From: Amphiscolops sp. MND2022
Lineage: Eukaryota
Length of the DNA stretch: 64,000 nucleotides
Assembly (NCBI GenBank): GCA_964187785.1
Contig: OZ076409.1
Span: forward strand, 97,900,001 to 97,964,000
Reading direction: 5' to 3'
Every line of letters begins with the position of its first letter. Position 1 is the stretch's first letter. This document shows, piece by piece, positions 60,145 through 64,000 of this stretch. The notes under the pieces are model-generated. The model was not told the DNA's origin. It did no database searches and worked only from the letters and a program-made list of their open reading frames with translations. A program made the position numbers and the translations under genes.

Positions 60145-63100
60145 TCAAGTGTCAGAAGAGATATTTGACTCCAGCAGGGTAGGATTTGGGACTGAATTGT
60201 CAAGTACTAGCTTTCTGAGTTTTACTACAGGGCGTATTAGGTATCCTGTGGCAGTTTTTACTTTGAAAACTCTATTAACTTCATCATTTCCGTCGTATGA
60301 CTCTATGATTCTTCCAAGTTTCCAAACTAAAGGTGGTTGATTGTCTTCTGCGATAACTACCATGTCTCCCACAATCATTCTTTGGCCGTCTTTAAACTAC
60401 TTTTTACGAATTTGGAGATGCACCAGGTAGTCTCTCTGCCAAGACTTCCAAAATGATCTAATTAGATTCTTAACGAGTCTGTATCTTTCTGTTAGGTTCA
60501 GTGCTTTCTCATTTTTGTATGTTGGAAGGGTCTTCAGGGGGTCTCCAATGAGAAAGTGTGCCGGCGTTAGAGGCTCTAAATCGTTTGGGCTAGTAGAAAG
60601 TGGAGTGAGCGGTCTTGAATTGAGAATTGCTTCGATTTCTGTAACATAAGTTGAGAGTTCTTCTTGCGAGAGAATTTGATTGCCAGCTGTTCTCCTGAGA
60701 TGATGTTTCATTCTCTTAATGGCAGATTCCCACAGTCCACCAAAATGTGGAGTGCGAGGAGGAATCATAACCCATTCCAAACCAATGTCTTTACCAAAGT
60801 CAGTAATTGAATTTGCATGTTCGTCTTGCATATTCGTCTTCATTAGCTCTTGAATCTTCAAGATATCATTGCGAGCACCAATGAAGTTTGTGGCATTGTC
60901 TGAGTAAATGCGCCTTGGGACTCCTCTCCGTGAAACGAACCGCTTCAGGGCTGACAGACAAGCTTCTTTAGACAGAGATCCGACTATTTCTAAGTGAACT
61001 GCCTTGACTGAGAAACATACGAAAACAGCGATGTATGTCTTGTTATCTGGAATAGTGATAATTGGTCCAGCAAAGTCCAGTCCTGTATAGCTGTTTCCAA
61101 ACTAAAGGTGGTTGATTGTCTTCTGCGATAACTACCATGTCTCCCACAATCATTCTTTGGCCGTCTTTAAACCACTTTTTACGAATTTGGAGATGCACCA
61201 GGTAGTCTCTCTGCCAAGACTTCCAAAATGATCTAATTAGATTCTTAACGAGTCTGTATCTTTCTGTTAGGTTCAGTGCTTTCTCATTTTTGTATGTTGG
61301 AAGGGTCTTCAGGGGGTCTCCAATGAGAAAGTGTGCCGGCGTTAGAGGCTCTAAATCGTTTGGGCTAGTAGAAAGTGGAGTGAGCGGTCTTGAATTGAGA
61401 ATTGCTTCGATTTCTGTAACATAAGTTGAGAGTTCTTCTTGCGAGAGAATTTGATTGCCAACTGTTCTCCTGAGATGATGTTTCATTCTCTTAATGGCAG
61501 ATTCCCACAGTCCACCAAAATGTGGAGTGCGAGGAGGAATCATAACCCATTCCAAACCAATGTCTTTACCAAAGTCAGTAATTGAATTTGCATGTTCGTC
61601 TTGCATATTCGTCTTCAATAGCTCTTGAATCTTCAAGATATCATTGCGAGCACCAATGAAGTTTGTGGCATTGTCTGAGTAAATGCGCCTTGGGACTCCT
61701 CTCCGTGAAACGAACCGCTTCAGGGCTGACAGACAAGCTTCTTTAGACAGAGATCCGACTATTTCTAAGTGAACTGCCTTGACTGAGAAACATACGAAAA
61801 CAGCGATGTATGTCTTGTTATCTGGAATAGTGATAATTGGTCCAGCAAAGTCCAGTCCTGTATAGCTGAATGGCTTGGAAGGGGTGACCCTTTCTGTTGG
61901 AAGGTCTGCCATGACTTGATAAGGCGGTTTCAGATTGAATTTTTGACATTTTACACACAGTTTTATTACTGCATTTACTTGATGTTTTCCCGATGTGCAC
62001 CAATATTCTTGCCTCATTAAGTTGAGTGTTATCTGGCCCCCACCATGAAGGGAACCTTCATGAAAATGACGAATTACGAGGATGGTAAAATGCCCAGAGG
62101 GTGGAAGAAGAACAGGAAACTTCTTGTTTTCCGAATAATAGGATTGAGCAAGTCGGCCGCCGACTCTTATGACTTTAAATTCTTCATCAAAGAATGGATT
62201 AAGATTCAGCAGGTTACTTTTGCAATTAATGGGACGCCTTTGGGAAAGAGCAGTGAACTCGTTGATGAAGTAAATTCTTTGCAGTTGAGAGACGATTAGA
62301 AATTTTGCTGTTTGTATTTCAGCAAATGAATAAGAACCTTTCGATATTCTTATGTCTGAGTGAAGAGCTTTGAGGAATATTTGCTTGATGCGAAGAATGA
62401 AGCACACAGTGTTCAAAAGGCGTCGAAGTGACGAAAACCGAGAAATGTCGATTAACGGAATAGAATCTAATGACAAATTAGTTCCAGTTAAAGAACTTAC
62501 AGCCTCTGTATTCGAAACAACTTCTTTTGTGATTCGTGTTTCAGGGGGTTCTGTAGTGTCTAGGGGAAGCTTGGGCCATTCTGAATGCTGTTTCATTAAC
62601 CACGAAGGACCATACCACCACAGAGGGGATTTTTTGAGGTCGACTGGAGACATGCCTCTGGATGGCAGATCGGCTGGATTAGAAGTGGTTGGGACATGGT
62701 TCCATTTGTCTGGAGAAATGCTGTCTTGTATGATGGCTACACGGTTTGCAACAAAAGTGGTCCACTTTCGGGGAGGCTTAGCAATCCACTGGAGTACAAT
62801 AGTAGAGTCCGACCAAGCGAAAACTTCATAGTTTTGAAATTTCGTGAGATGAAGCAATTCTTCAATAATCTTGATTAACTTGCAGCCAAGGTGGGCAGCA
62901 CATAATTCCAGTCTGGGAAGCGAGATCTGCTTGATAGGGGCAATACGACTTTTTGAAGCTAGAAGGCGAGTAGTTACAACCCCATTTTCGTCAACAAATC
63001 TAGAATAGACAGCTGCGGCATATGCTGATTCAGATGCATCAGTAAAAAGGTGAAGTTGGAAACTTTGGTTTTTTCCAGGGGACAAAAGACATCTGGGAAT

Positions 63101-64000
63101 AGCAAGGTCATTGAGGCTTGGTAGCTGTTCACGCAGTGTCATCCATTGATCTTGGATGTGCGGTGGAAGAAGTTCATCCCATTGAATTCCAGTCGTCCAA
63201 ATTTCCTGCATTAGTACCTTGTACCTGGTAATGATTGGAGCGAGCCAACCCAGTGGATCAAAGAGCTTGGACAAGTCGGATAAAAATGTCCGCTTTGTAT
63301 AGGCAGTCAATTCAAGAAGAAGGACTTCGAAGGTGAAAACATCCAGATTGGGCTTCCATTTGACACCGAGTGTTTTTATTTGATAATCATTATCCAAAAT
63401 TTTGTCTTTCTCAGCAGTTTCGCGAAGATGTGTTGGCAGATCCAAAGTGATTTCTGGATCACTTGATGTCCACTTTCGTAATTCAAACCCATGTTTCCGC
63501 AGTTCTTCGGAAACACCGAGCAGTAGAAGCTTGGCCTCAGCAGTGGAAGAAGCACCACTTAAGAAATCATCAACGTAGAAATCGTTTTGAATGGACGACA
63601 CAAAAAGTGTCTCCCCACATAGCTCGGCAACTTGTTTGAGGCATCTGGTGGCGTGGAAGGCTGAGGAGGCTATTCCGTACGTGACACGGGTCATACGGAG
63701 GTGCTGTAAAGGTTCGGTCGGATTATCTCGCCATAAGATACGATGAAAATCACGATCGTTTGTATCTAGACCAACTTGTCTATACATTTTAGCCACATCT
63801 CCACTGATGGCGACTCTGTGGAATCGGAATCGCATTAATGTTGAGAATAAATCCGGCTGTATAGTACTGCCAACCATCAGGGACTCATTCAATGAAATTC
63901 CACTTTGAGACTTTGCGGATCCGTCAAACACAACGCGTAGTTTCGTGGTTGTTGAATCTTCCTTAATTACGCTGTGATGAGGCAGATAGAAGACTTGGTC
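60145..64000 (-). pseudogene. pol: BEL/Pao pol (RT-RNaseH-INT), 5' part outside the window, disrupted by an internal duplication
   Basis: YLPHH...KLRVVFDGS, FYVDD, LFTDAS, LPRLELCAA, NPADLPSRG, GLDFAGP, YSDNATNF, GGLWES, LTPAHFLIG, WKLGRI...RPVVKL. Confidence 0.96.
60319..61868. repeat. 775-bp tandem duplication of the BEL integrase core
   Basis: 60319-61093 and 61094-61868 are near-identical; I saw three substitutions. Confidence 0.92.

Overview
AT-rich eukaryotic (probably invertebrate animal) genomic DNA made almost entirely of nested mobile elements. (1) 1-15771: right-hand ~15.8 kb of a largely intact Polinton/Maverick (adintovirus-like endogenous virus), all genes on +: packaging ATPase, penton, major capsid, adenain protease, two HNH genes, two tandem fibre-like genes with MAM-like heads, a membrane protein, rve integrase, protein-primed PolB, and an ...ACTACT terminus. 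(2) 25083-42610: a 17.5-kb degenerate Gypsy LTR element with both LTRs, a 4-bp TSD, a structured leader and an env-like ORF. (3) ~45634-50942: a CR1/L2-type LINE on -, interrupted by insertions. (4) ~57436-64000: the 3' part of a BEL/Pao element on -. MITEs, Helentron-like non-autonomous elements and satellites fill the gaps. Best leads: all 20 visible Polinton gene starts lie at or just after a poxvirus-late-promoter-like TAAAT(G); a candidate -1 frameshift (T TTT TTA plus hairpin) would add PSAP/PPxY late motifs to the Polinton membrane protein, which also has an N-terminal YPxL; the duplicated MAM-tipped fibres; and an intron-containing JmjC oxygenase gene lying antisense within the apparent 3' region of the BEL/Pao element. 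All family assignments come from motif recognition by eye; no searches were run.
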